From positions 208,583 through 272,582 of the forward strand of contig CANPZD010000001.1 in NCBI GenBank assembly GCA_947589085.1: a stretch of DNA of 64,000 bases. The letters run 5' to 3'. Below, one piece after another: positions 63,207 to 64,000 of the stretch (position 1 is the first letter of the stretch; each line of letters opens with the position of its first letter). The notes below the pieces were generated by a model. The model did not search any database and was not told the DNA's origin. It saw only the letters and a list, made by a program, of their open reading frames with translations. The translations under genes and the position numbers were made by a program. This stretch comes from an uncultured Clostridia bacterium. Lineage in GTDB: Bacteria > Bacillota > Clostridia > Christensenellales > Borkfalkiaceae.

Positions 63207-64000
63207 TTCAAATGCTCCGCATAGATCTGCATGAGTTTTCTCATTCTGTGATTCAAGCAACTTTTGGAAATATGCAACGCCGCGGCAAGTTCCGCCAAAG
63301 AATGCGTCGGCATCGCCATCCGCCCCTCCGCTACCGCGCGCAACGGCAGGGCGAGAGAGGGAAGGATCCCCTCTTCTTTCAGGCGGGTAAACGCAATCAC
63401 CTGTTCCGCGCTTGCGGTCGCCGAGCGGTCCGCATTGCTCGCGATGCAGTTGAGCATGCGGTTTTCCTGATTGCTCTCTTCCCGCGCCGAGGAAACGTTT
63501 TCCAGCGTACGGAGCGCGGCGCCCGCCCCCACCACGAAGAGAAAGTCGCTGATGCCCTCGCGGCTCTTCAGGTATACGACCCGCTTATCGCCGCGCGGCA
63601 CCGTCCCTGCGATCAGCTGCATGCCGTCGAGCAATTCGCAGAACCGCTCGACCGCGACGTTTTCCCGAAAGACAAATTCGAGATGATACCCCGTCTTGCC
63701 CCCGGGCAGCGTACAGCTCCCGCTGCCGAGAAACGCGCCTTTCAGGTACGAGACGGCGCAGCATTCGTCGAAATTTCCGGAAAGACCGTGCGCGTCGATC
63801 TCTTTGAGCTTTTCCTCCGCGTTCCGCCCGCGAAAAGAAAATGTGATCTTGTTTTTTCCGTGCTTGGGATCGAGCACCGCGCCCGTCAGCGTCATGCGAA
63901 TGCCGAAAAGCTGTTCGGCCACGGCAAGAAAATATTCCGCAACGTCCTCGTCCTCGCTGGTAAACGAAAACCCGAGCAGAGACCCGTCGCGCCCCAAAAT
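63203..64000 (-). CDS. whiA: DNA-binding protein WhiA, C-terminal about 265 codons; 5' end lies outside the window
   Basis: Degenerate LAGLIDADG-like domains (YLKGAFLGSGS) and a C-terminal HTH (SLAELAAALHISKSCLNHRMRKL). The frame stays open to the window edge. Confidence 0.88.
   Translation of the reverse strand: MLGRDGSLLGFSFTSEDEDVAEYFLAVAEQLFGIRMTLTGAVLDPKHGKNKITFSFRGRNAEEKLKEIDAHGLSGNFDECCAVSYLKGAFLGSGSCTLPGGKTGYHLEFVFRENVAVERFCELLDGMQLIAGTVPRGDKRVVYLKSREGISDFLFVVGAGAALRTLENVSSAREESNQENRMLNCIASNADRSATASAEQVIAFTRLKEEGILPSLALPLRAVAEGRMAMPTHSLAELAAALHISKSCLNHRMRKLMQIYAEHLK

Overview
Read by eye from the ORF track and the sequence; no homology search was run, so family names rest on motifs I recognise. 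This is a roughly 55% GC chromosomal segment that looks like a spore-forming Clostridia-type Firmicute, densely packed with core genes. Bases 1-8435 are all on the + strand: spoIVB 3' end, a membrane protein, a PBP5-type carboxypeptidase, lysA, an M50-family protease, scpA, scpB, a ytfI/ytfJ-like sporulation pair, a second carboxypeptidase and rluB. From 8.5 kb onward almost everything is on the - strand: lexA, hflX plus a 354-aa tyrosine recombinase, the glycogen operon glgB-C-D-A-P plus a GH13 enzyme, and murC. Then come spoVG (on +), a cold-shock protein, htpG, an ispH-S1 fusion, plsC, an aroH-cmk fusion, an HI0933-type flavoprotein and surE. These are followed by a five-gene biotin-dependent decarboxylase/carboxyltransferase cluster, a TVP38-family membrane protein, rnhA and tRNA-Trp (+). 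The rest is a 1618-aa repeat-rich surface protein, coaE, polA, tRNA-Leu (+), an Sfp-type PPTase, an m5C RNA methyltransferase, a flavodoxin, two COG0523-like GTPases, an M29 aminopeptidase, nrdDG with tandem NrdR boxes, an HD protein, pfkB, pfkA, dnaE and the whiA 3' part. I see no prophage, CRISPR array, toxin-antitoxin pair, recognisable defence island or biosynthetic cluster. The best candidates for something undescribed are five. (1) A paired COG0523 / DUF1980-like metallochaperone module downstream of a metallo-aminopeptidase. (2) An XerS/XerH-sized recombinase with a dif-like 34-bp palindrome near a convergent strand switch. (3) An 8-Cys mini-protein in the position opposite lexA where SOS division inhibitors usually sit. 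(4) The giant surface protein with four Cys-containing C-terminal modules. (5) A hybrid Na+-pump decarboxylase cluster carrying two different carboxyltransferases and an expanded beta subunit. Several genes also appear to be transcribed as leaderless mRNAs. All functional interpretations are hypotheses.
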